From contig CAWAGQ010000007.1 in assembly GCA_963781585.1 (NCBI GenBank), positions 192,001 through 256,000 of the forward strand: a stretch of DNA of 64,000 nucleotides. Reading direction: 5' to 3'. The notes under the pieces were generated by a model. The model searched no databases and had not been told where the DNA came from. It saw nothing but the letters and a program-made list of their open reading frames with translations. The stretch comes from an uncultured Gemmatimonadaceae bacterium. Its GTDB lineage: Bacteria; Gemmatimonadota; Gemmatimonadetes; Gemmatimonadales; Gemmatimonadaceae. Positions 21,904 to 31,313 of the stretch are shown in pieces. The position numbers and the translations under genes were made by a program. Within the stretch, counting starts at the first letter, position 1. Each line of letters starts with the position of its first letter.

Positions 21904-22971
21904 ATGCGGCGCTCCGCTGGAACCGGTCGCCTAATGATGGCGATTCTGTGCCTCCTCGGGGTTCTCATGAGCCATCGGGTTCAGGCACAAGGCACCGCAC
22001 TGCGCGGCCGAGTGGTCGACGATGTCGGCGCGCCGGTGGGCGGCGCACAGGTCGAGCTCCAGCCCGTGGGGCGCGCCGTGGTGACGGGCGACGATGGCAG
22101 GTTTGCGCTTCTCGGGCTCAGAGCCGGCGGGTACGATCTGTACGTCAGGCGCCTCGGCTACCGACCCGCCGTGATCCCGCTGACCATCGGCGCCTCCGAC
22201 ACCGCAGTGGTGATCACCCTGACGCCGATCCCTGCGGTCCTCGAGGCCGTTCGCATTCGCGAGAAGCGATCGGAGCTGCGCTTCTCGGCGGTGGTCCTCG
22301 ACGATCACGACCAGCCCGTGACGGACGCCGACGTCGTGGCGGAGGGCATCGACAATCATCTGCGGACCGATTCCAGCGGCCACGTGATCGTGCCGAAGGT
22401 CAAGCGCGGCACGTTGCTGGTGCGCATCAGGAAGGTGGGCTACGCGGCGTACTTCGGGTCGTTCACCATTTCCGGCGAGCGCGAGGACACACTGCGCATG
22501 CCCCGGCTCGCGACCGAACTGTCGCCGGTCGAGGTGATGGCGTTCAGCGGGTTCGGCCGGGACACGTTTGCATTCAACGATCTGCACGACCGCATGGCCT
22601 GGAAGTCGACGAAGGCCGGGGTGATATCGCGGGAGGAACTGGCTGGATTCGGAGCGGCAAACCTCTGCGATGTGCTGCCGCTCACGCTGACTGCCGCGAG
22701 GCTCCGGATGAACGGCAGCCAGAGCAGACAGGAGTGCGAGAATCCCGTCTGTCTCCTGCTCGACGGGGATCGCCCGGTGGTGCGGCCGCTCGCCGCCTAT
22801 CTGGCGTCGGAGGTCGAAGCGCTGGAGTACTTCCCCGAGAACAGCGACTGGTCGGGGACGATTCTGGCCCGCGCGGCTCACGTCTGCAATCCGCGCTATC
22901 GCGGGTCACGTGGGCCGGGGCATAGTCCCGCCGCCTGGGTCATCTGGCTCAGGAAGGGCGCGACGCCGTAG
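21904..22971 (+). CDS. Secreted protein with two carboxypeptidase-regulatory-like domains and a plug-like C-terminus
   Basis: GRVVDDVGAPVGGAQV, TGDDGRF, RRLGY; EVEALEYF...VIWLR; start could be 21934/21937. Confidence 0.75.
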   Translation: MRRSAGTGRLMMAILCLLGVLMSHRVQAQGTALRGRVVDDVGAPVGGAQVELQPVGRAVVTGDDGRFALLGLRAGGYDLYVRRLGYRPAVIPLTIGASDTAVVITLTPIPAVLEAVRIREKRSELRFSAVVLDDHDQPVTDADVVAEGIDNHLRTDSSGHVIVPKVKRGTLLVRIRKVGYAAYFGSFTISGEREDTLRMPRLATELSPVEVMAFSGFGRDTFAFNDLHDRMAWKSTKAGVISREELAGFGAANLCDVLPLTLTAARLRMNGSQSRQECENPVCLLLDGDRPVVRPLAAYLASEVEALEYFPENSDWSGTILARAAHVCNPRYRGSRGPGHSPAAWVIWLRKGATP

Positions 22972-23198
22972 AGGACGCGACTGCCGGGCCACCTAACGCT
23001 TCGGCGATTATGCCAGTGTGCGCGAGCAGTGCCACGACCTGTCCCGTGCCGTGCAGGGGAGGGGGGCCGATGCCCTGTGGTTCAAGGGGATTGGACCCGT
23101 TCCCTGCCACGTGGGTGCCTTCCGGGACATCGACCGCCGCACACGAGCGAGAACGCATCGATTCGAGGAGGTTCTGATCAGGCGAAATGCACGCGGCA

Positions 23199-23286
23199 CG
23201 GGCGACGATTCTGATGGAAGAGCAGTCGCCCATCCAGTGGCCGCGCGCCGGCGATCCGATTAGAGTCAACGCATGTCCTCGCCTCC
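23199..23286 (+). repeat. Direct repeat copy 1 (~88 bp)
   Basis: 23232-23275 is identical over 44 bp to 30631-30674; flanks similar. Confidence 0.9.
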
Positions 23287-23418
23287 CCTTTCCCCCATGT
23301 GACAGCGGAAGGGGCGAGGGAGGCGAGCGGTAGATGTGCAAACGGACGGCGCGTGACGGCGCCGTGTCAGCTGAACGGCAGCCACCTATACTGTTGTACA
23401 GGATCCCGCTTTCCGCAG

Positions 23419-24624
23419 ATGACGCTGCCTGTGACTCCCCTTCTCCGGTTCTCGCTGGCTGCCTGGGCGGGTGTCGGCGATGTCCTCGTGCCCGCCGCTG
23501 GCGACCTCGTCGCTCAGCACCCGACCATCCGGGACAGTGCAGACGTTCGGATCGTGGCGAACGCCGCCCGTGTCAGCGCGCCCGTGGCGTACAGACTCGG
23601 TCCACCCCTGCTCGACGTCGGCGGGTTGGAGTCGGATCCGGATGTCGAATTTCATCACGACCAGGGATATCTCCGCGGCGTCCGCCTCAGCGATGGCGGC
23701 CTCGCGGTCATTGATGTCGCACGCGTGCACTACTTCGACGCAAAGGGGAAGCGACTGAGGATCGTCGGTCGGGCCGGTCAGGGGGCGAAGGAGTTTCTCT
23801 ACCTCACGGCGATCTGCCGCACGCACGGCGACACCATCGTCGTCAACGATGAGTATAACCGGCGCCTCGCGGTACTCGACAGAGCGGGCACGATCGTACG
23901 CACGATCGCTCGGCGCGATCTGGGAAGCCCGAGCGACGATTTCTGCTTCGACGATGGAAGTTTCGTCCTTCAGCGCTCGGCCGTTGCTCCGACCGCCGTC
24001 GCCGGTCCAAAGCGCCTGACGCGCCTGCGGACTGACGGGTCGGTCGTGGATGTATTGGGTGAGTTTCCAAGCCAGGGATTCGACCTCGTCAGCCAGTTCG
24101 ACGCCGCGATCGTCGCGGCTGGTGAGCGGCTCTATTACGGCGACGGCTGGCCCAGCGAACTCAAGATCTACAGTTCCGCGGGCAGGCTTCTCAGCATCGT
24201 GCGCAGTGCCGACCCCGAACGCCGCATCACGGAGGCGGATGTCGACCGTCGCTTGGGCAGCATGGTGTTCCCCGGCATGACACCCTCGCAACGAGCCGCA
24301 CAAATCTCGCGCATTCGCGCGCGGCGGCGGACCTCTCCGGTTCGAACAACCTGGCCCGCGTACGCCGGCGTTCACGTTGACGCTGCCGGCGGCCTATGGA
24401 TCCAGGACTATCGCCTCTCTTATCCTGCGCCAGACGTCTGGACGGCCTTTGACCGGACGGGTCGTCTTGTCGGCCGTCTGGTCTTGCCGATTCCCGAGAA
24501 GGACGGCCTTCCTCTCGAGGTCATCGGTTTCGGCGCCGGAGACGTTCTGGTGCGACGGCGGGACGCCGATGGCGCCAGTCATTTGACGGTCTACCGTATC
24601 GTGCGGACCGAGAGAGCTCGATGA
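23419..24624 (+). CDS. 6-bladed beta-propeller-like protein (paralogue family of 20671)
   Basis: RIVGRAGQGAKEF, HVDAAGGLWIQDY, WTAFDRTGRLVGRL; start uncertain. Confidence 0.75.
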   Translation: MTLPVTPLLRFSLAAWAGVGDVLVPAAGDLVAQHPTIRDSADVRIVANAARVSAPVAYRLGPPLLDVGGLESDPDVEFHHDQGYLRGVRLSDGGLAVIDVARVHYFDAKGKRLRIVGRAGQGAKEFLYLTAICRTHGDTIVVNDEYNRRLAVLDRAGTIVRTIARRDLGSPSDDFCFDDGSFVLQRSAVAPTAVAGPKRLTRLRTDGSVVDVLGEFPSQGFDLVSQFDAAIVAAGERLYYGDGWPSELKIYSSAGRLLSIVRSADPERRITEADVDRRLGSMVFPGMTPSQRAAQISRIRARRRTSPVRTTWPAYAGVHVDAAGGLWIQDYRLSYPAPDVWTAFDRTGRLVGRLVLPIPEKDGLPLEVIGFGAGDVLVRRRDADGASHLTVYRIVRTERAR

Positions 24625-24721
24625 GCGAAAGCACCCTGCCAAGCCTGTCGTTGTTTCGACTCTGCCTGCCACCGTACCTGTTCGTGACACCGTGGATTCA
24701 GAGCGCGGAGATCAGCTCGCG

Positions 24722-25000
24722 TTAGGGAAAGGCAAGCCGGCACTGTGCTGCCGCATAGTCGCAATTGCTCACGCAGATGGAGCCGCAGAACACGAGATTC
24801 CCCAGTTCGTCGAAACCAGAACACGTGAGCTCGTAGGGAGTCGGCGGGCTGTAGTTGTAACAAAAGAGACGCCACTGGCAGGCTGGTAGTTGCCCGCAGT
24901 CAACGTATAGGGCAGGTGCCGCCGAGACGCGCATCGTAGAGAGTCCCACGGTTGCCGCGAGCACGAGAGTCGATCGGGCTAAGAGATTGGGGCGCCACAT
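24722..25000 (-). CDS. Small secreted cysteine-rich peptide (8 Cys)
   Basis: AGGAGG 9 nt before ATG 25000; Sec-like signal ending VSA-AP; RBS overlaps the end of the DsbA gene. Confidence 0.7.
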   Translation of the reverse strand: MWRPNLLARSTLVLAATVGLSTMRVSAAPALYVDCGQLPACQWRLFCYNYSPPTPYELTCSGFDELGNLVFCGSICVSNCDYAAAQCRLAFP

Positions 25001-25002
25001 GG

Positions 25003-25713
25003 TCACGTTCCTCCTTTGGGCCGCTGGTACTTGCGTCCATTTACGGTCGGCGCAGCGCCGACGAGTAGACGCTCTATCGCCTCGACTAGGAGCGAATCAT
25101 TCGGGGGCGCGGTATACCGCCATCCGTTCACGATCACAGTTGGCGTGGCTGTTACCTGGAACGCGGCTCTCGCCGCAAGCGAACGCTCAACGGCAAGCAC
25201 CTTGGTTGAGCTGCGCGCGCAGCGGTCAAACGAGTGGAGATCGGCTATACCCGCTTCTGCAGCGAAGGATTGCCACGATTTCAACCCGAATGAGTCTTGC
25301 TTGGCGAAGAGCACGTCGTGCATAGTCCAGAACCGACCCTGTTCCCCAGCGCATTCGGCTGCGCGGGCCGCAGAATACGCGAAGCGGTGAGTCGGGCTCG
25401 GAGTGTGGATGAAGACTTGTCTAATCTTGGTGCCGTACTTTTCTTCGACTATCTGCAGTGCTCCGGCGAACTCCCTACAGAAGGGGCACTCGAAGTCTGC
25501 AAACTCCACAATCTGAATCGGCGCGGCCGAGTCGCCCCGGTCCCTGCCGACCTGCAGTAGTTCTCGCCACCGGGGTTCAAAAACGAGGGCAGTCACTTCC
25601 CTTTCTGTCGCACTGCGGTCCCCTGCGAACTCGCGGTGCGCGAATGATGCCGCCACCACAAGCGCTGCGACGGCCAAGATTGCCGAAACGGTCGCTTCAA
25701 GACGAGACGTCAC
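25003..25713 (-). CDS. DsbA-family thiol-disulfide oxidoreductase with N-terminal anchor
   Basis: IVEFADFECPFC, AECAGEQGRFWTMHD, ATPT cis-Pro, VNG. Confidence 0.9.
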   Translation of the reverse strand: MTSRLEATVSAILAVAALVVAASFAHREFAGDRSATEREVTALVFEPRWRELLQVGRDRGDSAAPIQIVEFADFECPFCREFAGALQIVEEKYGTKIRQVFIHTPSPTHRFAYSAARAAECAGEQGRFWTMHDVLFAKQDSFGLKSWQSFAAEAGIADLHSFDRCARSSTKVLAVERSLAARAAFQVTATPTVIVNGWRYTAPPNDSLLVEAIERLLVGAAPTVNGRKYQRPKGGT

Positions 25714-26479
25714 GGGGAATTTCGGGTCCGACGACGTGCCCGTTCAGACAAGGGATTCAACAGAAATGCCGTTGCCCACTGCTCGGCGGTGGGTACCGAA
25801 GCCGGCAGCCGTCGGGCGATGGGAAGCAGCCTTGAGTGTTAAGTTCTCCACGCGACCAGCTCCACGGTGGCCCTATTGCCTGTATGATGATAAGGAGTCC
25901 ACGCAACACCGAACCGGTACGTGCTCACCAAGGGCGTGAGTCACGCCGCAGACAACGTCTGCTAACCAGCACCGGCGAAGGCTACGTCACGTTCTAGTCA
26001 GACTCACGCTCTTGGCAACTGGCTTCACGCGTCACGATTCACTCCGGGTCGAAGGTGCTGCTTACTGAGAATGCAGTCAACAGAAATTCGTCCCACTTTC
26101 CCGCGATTCGTCTCACGGCGCCTCAATTCCCGCGGCCTCAACGAGATCCTGGAGCTGGTCGCGGTTGGAAGACGCAGCGTCCAAGGCGTGGTAGTTGAGC
26201 CGATGATCACCACGCGCGCGGAAGCGAATCGATCGCTAGCCGGCGCGCTCGTCGTCGTCACGACGCGTTCCCAGAGTGCACACTGAGCGGCGGACTGTGC
26301 ACCAGAGAGGAGGAGGCTGCAGTCCATCGCAGTTCTTCCTGTACTGTTCTGGTGAGGCGCAGTGATTCTTGCCCCGTTGGGCGAGTGATGACGCCTCCGG
26401 TTCAGCAGCCTTTCTATGACGGAGGACGCAGGCTTCGGCGCGTGAGTGCTGACCGTCCGCGTGAGGGACGACGCTACCA

Positions 26480-26790
26480 ATGCAGATCCATTTCAAGGAT
26501 GTGGTATCGGGCTCCCTCGTAGTGTCCGCGCTCGTCGTCGCGGTCTCGTTCGTCCGGAATACCTGGTTCCCACGCGCGGACACGCAGCGCTCGAGTGCGG
26601 TAGAGGACACGGTTCGTACATTGATGTTTGGCGGGAGCACGTCGCTCCGGGGGGCGTTGGGGCTCGGCGTCCGCGCCGGTCACGATCGTCGAGTTCGGTG
26701 ACTTCGAGTGCCCGTTACGTCGTAGCCTGCAGCCAGTCTTGCGCCAGCTGCAGCAGCTCTCGTCGAGCCATGCAGCTGACGGCGCTCCAG
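26480..26790 (+). pseudogene. Frameshifted, truncated DsbA paralogue
   Basis: Anchor segment in one frame, GSASAPVTIVEFGDFECP in another; second Cys and the rest are missing. Confidence 0.7.
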
Positions 26791-27185
26791 GCGAGTCCGC
26801 GCAGCGACGCGATCTGACACATCATCATCCTTCACATCGTGGACGTCTCAACGCAACCGCTGCAGCTTGCGACGTGCACTGGCGCGGAGACGACGTTAGT
26901 GGCGGCGACGCGGTGCGCCGCCGCCGCGCGGCACGCGCGACCGTCCACGGCAAGTGCTCGACTCACCCGCGCGCCTTGCCAGCGTTCGAGCACGGCTTGT
27001 GGAACTCGGAGGCGTCGCACTGAAGAGCACAGCAATGGGGGGAGTAGGCGCTTCATGCGCGTCGCCCCGCCCCAGGCAATCCGCGCGGGGGTTACACGGT
27101 GTAACGCCATTTCCCATGGCGTGTCGGTGGGCGACGACAGCGCGTGAAATAGTAGAAAAGGGCGTGAGACTGCCTGAGTTCGGCA

Positions 27186-28058
27186 ATGGGCGTGTTGATC
27201 GCGGTCGTCTGCTCCGGTGCGGTGGGTCCGTGGCGGGTCACGGAAGCAAGGAGAAGCTGGATGTCGTCGGTCAGTCCTCCGTTGCGCGCGGTTGTCGCCC
27301 TGAAGGTGCGGGATGATATTGACCGCCTCGTTCGAGAAGCACTGCGCTCCGAAGCGGCGGTCAGCTCGTACGGGATATGGGACGAGTTCCAGCGGGCAGC
27401 AGCGCGAGCGGACTGCGCGATCATGCCGATACTGCAGTTCGAGCCCGAGTTGACTTATCACATGCGAGAGCTCGAGCAGGCGGCTCCTGACATCCCGCTG
27501 GTATTCATAATCCGTGAGGGCCTGGAAAGCCTGACTCCAGCTGTGGGTCTCGAATCGGGTGCCGCAGAACTCCTGTCGCTGAATGCCGTTGCGACTGGGC
27601 TTCCTGCGGCGATGGCGCGAGCGTTGGAGCGAACTTGGTTACGACGGGTGGCGCGGAATGCCGAGCGCACAAACAAGGTATCGCCGATTCTCGCCAACGC
27701 GATTGCCGCTGCCTGTCGAAGTCGAAGACCGGTCCGAACGCTCGATGATCTCGCGGCCCTTGTCGGGCGAAGTCGGAGCGACCTCGCGCGCCGGTGGCAC
27801 GCGACCATTCCCAAAGGCGTGACGCCGAAGGTCTTTCTCGACTGGGTTATCCTGCTGCGCGCCGTCGGACAGAAGACTCGCTGGCGCAGCTGGGAGGCTG
27901 CTGCTGACGAGCTCGGCGTGAATGAGGCGAGGCTCCGGAGCGCAGCCACGCGACTGATGCGGAGACGGCTGACCGAGTTGGACGCGGCGTCGCTTGCTGT
28001 TGTTCGAGCGGAATTCGATCGCGTCGTGCTCATTCCGCTGGGCATCGACGCGCCCTGA
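27186..28058 (+). CDS. Putative transcriptional regulator (degenerate receiver-like N-terminus, AraC-like HTH C-terminus)
   Basis: TLDDLAALVGRSRSDLARRW...TPKVFLDW...SWEAAADELGVNEARL. Confidence 0.55.
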   Translation: MGVLIAVVCSGAVGPWRVTEARRSWMSSVSPPLRAVVALKVRDDIDRLVREALRSEAAVSSYGIWDEFQRAAARADCAIMPILQFEPELTYHMRELEQAAPDIPLVFIIREGLESLTPAVGLESGAAELLSLNAVATGLPAAMARALERTWLRRVARNAERTNKVSPILANAIAAACRSRRPVRTLDDLAALVGRSRSDLARRWHATIPKGVTPKVFLDWVILLRAVGQKTRWRSWEAAADELGVNEARLRSAATRLMRRRLTELDAASLAVVRAEFDRVVLIPLGIDAP

Positions 28059-28332
28059 GACGAATCGTCGAAATGTGTGACGATTCTGAGTTGACGTGCG
28101 TGCTCGCCAAGCAGCCGTTTAACCGTCATCTGCATAGCGATGAATGAGACGCCGTGCCCATGACGAGGATCGTCCTATGCGCTCACAGAGCCGTACACCA
28201 CCCCGTGGCGCCGGTTGCCACATTCCTCTGGAACTTATTCTCCTGACAGCTTGCGTCACCGAAGCAACTCAGTCGCCGCCGCGCACTCCCCTCTGTGCCA
28301 AGTTTAGGTGAGACGGTCCCCTTCATAAGAAT

Positions 28333-28732
28333 GGGTCTTCTCCCGATCGAGTGGGTGAAATTGAGCGGAAACAGGGGTTGGGGGGAGAGAGCAGGCGGAG
28401 GCTTGCGACTGTGGGGCGATGGTGCATGATGAGCGGATGCCAAGACATCGTCGCAAACGCCGGCTCTGGGATGTGTACCGCTTCCCGGGGTTCTGGTCCA
28501 GTCCCACCGTCGTGGGGATCTTCGGGGATCCGCACGCGCGGGTCATTGCCCTCACGCGGCGCTCAAAAAAACGCGCTGCGGGACGTGTGGTCTGCTGTAT
28601 CACACCTGGTACGATCGGCAAACGCGCCGCGTCCGGGATCTCTCGTGTGGCGATCGCCGGATCTATCCCGATCTCGATCTCCGGCGCGTGGCGTGTCGGC
28701 GCTGTGGCACGGTGAAGCAGGAGCGGCTGCGT
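28333..28732 (+). mobile_element. ISL3-family remnant (left end plus Zn-finger N-terminus)
   Basis: GGGTCTTC end; ...GIFGDPHARVIALTRRSKK, A7 run at 28565-28571, then CGTC..WYDRQTRRVRDLSCGDRRIY..CRRCGTVKQERL. Confidence 0.7.
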
Positions 28733-29381
28733 CTGTGCGGCCCTCCTCCGCGAGCTCACGGAGCGCGGGGTGGCCCCGACGGGACGGCTCCTGGTCGTGG
28801 TCGATGGGGGCAAGGGTCTCCGTGCCGGCGTGGCGGACGTGTATGGGGATCGCGCCGAGGTGCAGCGCTGTCAGTGGCACAAACGCGAGAACGTCGTGAG
28901 CGATCTCGCCAAGGGCGACGAGGCGAAGTGGCGCGGCAAACTGCGGGCGCCCTACGCGCACCCGCACTACGGCGATGCCAAGCGCGCGCTGCTCCCGCTC
29001 CACCACGAGCTGCGGGTCCTGAACGAATCGGCGGCACCGAGGTTGCTGGAGGGTCTGGAGGAAACGCTGACGCTCCACCGGCTCGATGTGTTCCCCGAGT
29101 TGGGGCAGAGTTTCAAGACGACGAATGTGATCGAGAGCGTCATGGTGCGCGTGGAGGACCGGACGGCGCGCATCGATCATTGGCGAACCAGCGATCCGAA
29201 GTTGCGCTGGTGTGCTGCGGCCCTCCTCGCCGCCGAAGCGAAGTTCCGTCGCGTGAAGGGCTACGAGCAGCTGCCCTTGTTGCAGCAGGCGTTAGCGAAG
29301 CGGAGTTCATCGATCCGGGAGGATGCTGCGTAATACTTGTTAGGCACCCACTCGATTATCAACTCAGAAAGGGACACACCC
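28733..29381 (+). mobile_element. IS256-family (mutator) 3' remnant with right end
   Basis: VVDGGKGL, VQRCQWHKRENV, TTNVIES, FRRVKGY; stop at 29333; TCAACTCAGAAAGGGACACAC end-like sequence. Confidence 0.82.
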
Positions 29382-29762
29382 GGTAATGGCAGCCATGGCA
29401 CAGGGGCGCATGCCGTCATCCCCGTGCGCGTTGGGGGCGACCTCACGTTTCGCGCCATTTCCGTTGACGGGGTGTACGCGTGCGGGATTACGACCGCCGG
29501 AATTACCATGTGTTGGGGAGATAACTATGGTGGACAACTGGGGAATGGCCACGACCACGATACGACACCGATCTTCCCCGTGCCGATTGCGGTCGCAGGA
29601 GGGCATCGCTTCACAGAGATCGCCGCGTACGCGAACCACACCTGTGGGCTCACTGAGGAGAAGGAGATCTGGTGCTGGGGTGCGAACGACAGTGGGGAAT
29701 CGGGGCAGGACCCGAGCGCGGCGTCGTTGCTCAATATCCCAGTACGCGTCATCCTTCCGTAG
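29382..29762 (+). pseudogene. C-terminal fragment of an RCC1-repeat protein
   Basis: CWGDNYGGQLG and WCWGANDSGESG repeats; 5' part replaced by the IS256 end. Confidence 0.75.
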
Positions 29763-29983
29763 CGGAGCGCCAACGACCCCAATGCCCGGCGCGTGAGCGT
29801 CCCGTGGGACTGGCCGCGACGGGGGGGGCGGGGCGTGGATGTGCTGTGAAGGGGTGGAACGAAGACATGAAGTCGAGTGCCAAAACCATCCGCCTCGATC
29901 CCCGCCCGCCACGTCGGTGCCTTCCGGGACGTTCGCGTCGCGGTGATGTGCTCTCGCGCAAGAGGGCGATTGAGCAGGACGGC

Positions 29984-30397
29984 TTACTCGGCGCGGAACG
30001 GGTTTACCACCTGAACGAGGCCATAGAACCGCCTGTCCTCGAAGTCCTCGGAGTAGAGCGTTCCCAGTCCATTCACCTCGGCATAGGCCCACATGTGGGC
30101 GTCGAACCAGGAGAGCTGGTACGCCGCTGCGCCGCGGAGCGCGGTCCGCACCACGGCCTCGTCGGGGTAGAGCACCGGAATCTGTCGCAGCAGGTCTTCC
30201 GCCTCACGCCATGCGTCGTGCGGCGACAGCAGCGGTGTCGCGCCTTTCAGAGGCCGGGTGGTCGCGGCAACGAACTCCACCAGGCCCTGGTGCGCGAGGA
30301 AGAGTGATTCCTCCTCAATCCCGCGCCGCAGGAGCGCCGTGGCCGCTCGCTGCTTCCCGGGAAACCGGGTGTCGTTCGTGTCAACGAGCGCGGCCAC
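29984..30397 (-). CDS. PIN-domain (VapC-like) toxin, probably damaged
   Basis: ALVDTN, LSWFDAHMWA, LYSEDF; the usual hydrophobic residues after DTN appear deleted. Confidence 0.8.
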   Translation of the reverse strand: MAALVDTNDTRFPGKQRAATALLRRGIEEESLFLAHQGLVEFVAATTRPLKGATPLLSPHDAWREAEDLLRQIPVLYPDEAVVRTALRGAAAYQLSWFDAHMWAYAEVNGLGTLYSEDFEDRRFYGLVQVVNPFRAE

Positions 30398-30600
30398 GGT
30401 CGTAGAGCGCGTCGCGCGTCCAACCGCGACCGGCGGTTGGGGTCTTTCGCACCGTCCCGCGCTGCCGGGCGTGCTGGCGTGCGGTGGCCCGGTCGAAGTG
30501 GGCGAGCCGTTCGGTCGTGGTGGGCGCCGCGCGCTGCCCGCTCGACTTCAGGACGCGTGTGCCACCTGGTCCAACGATGAACTCGATCTCGTCGCCGGGC
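30381..30600 (-). pseudogene. AbrB/MazE-like antitoxin, 5' truncated
   Basis: PGDEIEF..., GRGWTRDALYDRG overlapping the PIN start; N-terminus replaced by direct repeat copy 2. Confidence 0.65.
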
Positions 30601-30685
30601 GACGATGCTGATGGAGCGGGGTGGTCGCCAATCCAGTGGCCGCGCGCCGGCGATCCGATTAGAGTCAACGCATGCCCTCGCCTCC
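30596..30685 (+). repeat. Direct repeat copy 2
   Basis: Matches 23199-23286. Confidence 0.9.
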
Positions 30686-30932
30686 GCGACCCTCGGCGCT
30701 CGCTCACTGGACACCGGAACAGATCGCCGCGGGAAAGCGTTGGGTCGAGACCTGGCGGCGGGCCGGGGAGGCACTGGAGCGCATCTGGCGCAAGGAGCTC
30801 CGGGAACTGGACGGCTACCGCGCCATCGCGATGCTCTCCGGCGGTCTGTTGGAGGCGCCCCCATCACGTCGTGAGAGCTCCGGGCTCGTGGAGCAGCAGC
30901 GCTGGTTCGTGAGGGCACGGCGCCATTACTGA
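30672..30932 (+). CDS. Small hypothetical protein, likely partner of the downstream nucleotidyltransferase
   Basis: WVETWRRAGEALERI..SGLVEQQRWF; overlaps next gene; TAGAGT 6 nt before ATG. Confidence 0.6.
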   Translation: MPSPPRPSALAHWTPEQIAAGKRWVETWRRAGEALERIWRKELRELDGYRAIAMLSGGLLEAPPSRRESSGLVEQQRWFVRARRHY

Positions 30933-31252
30933 GCTCTTCCAGGCCGCGGCCGCCCTGCAACAGGTGTGTGAGTCGCAGGGGTGGCGTTTCTGTTTCATCG
31001 GTGGCCTTGCCGTGCAGCGCTGGGGAGAGCCCCGTGTCACCGTGGACGTCCATCTGACCCTGCTCACCGGGTTCGGCAACGAAGCGCACTTCATCGACAT
31101 CCTGTTGCAGCACTTCGAGGGCAGGATTCCGGATGCCGGGCAAGCTGGACTGGGACTATGTTCGTGAACAGCTCGCCCCGCTGGCCGAGCTGAAAGGAGA
31201 GCCGGAGATTCTCGACCAACTGGCTCGGCGGCGCGCGGAATGCGAGCAGTGA
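30926..31252 (+). pseudogene. Nucleotidyltransferase-fold (AbiEii-like) gene with internal deletion
   Basis: FCFIGGLAVQRWGEPRVTVDVH (DxD lost), then a frame jump to GKLDWDYVREQLAPLAELK..*. Confidence 0.65.
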
Positions 31253-31313
31253 GTCGCGGTCACATTGCTCAATCGCCTTCGGCGAGTCTACCGGTGGCGA
31301 GGCGACGTGGGGA

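Noticed and set aside
26071..26286. Possible remnant of a plug-like protein (..GALVVVTTR)
   Set aside because: Similarity too short to support
28183..28330. Short Cys-containing minus-strand ORF beside the ISL3 end as a second peptide precursor
   Set aside because: No signal peptide, and its upstream region is IS sequence
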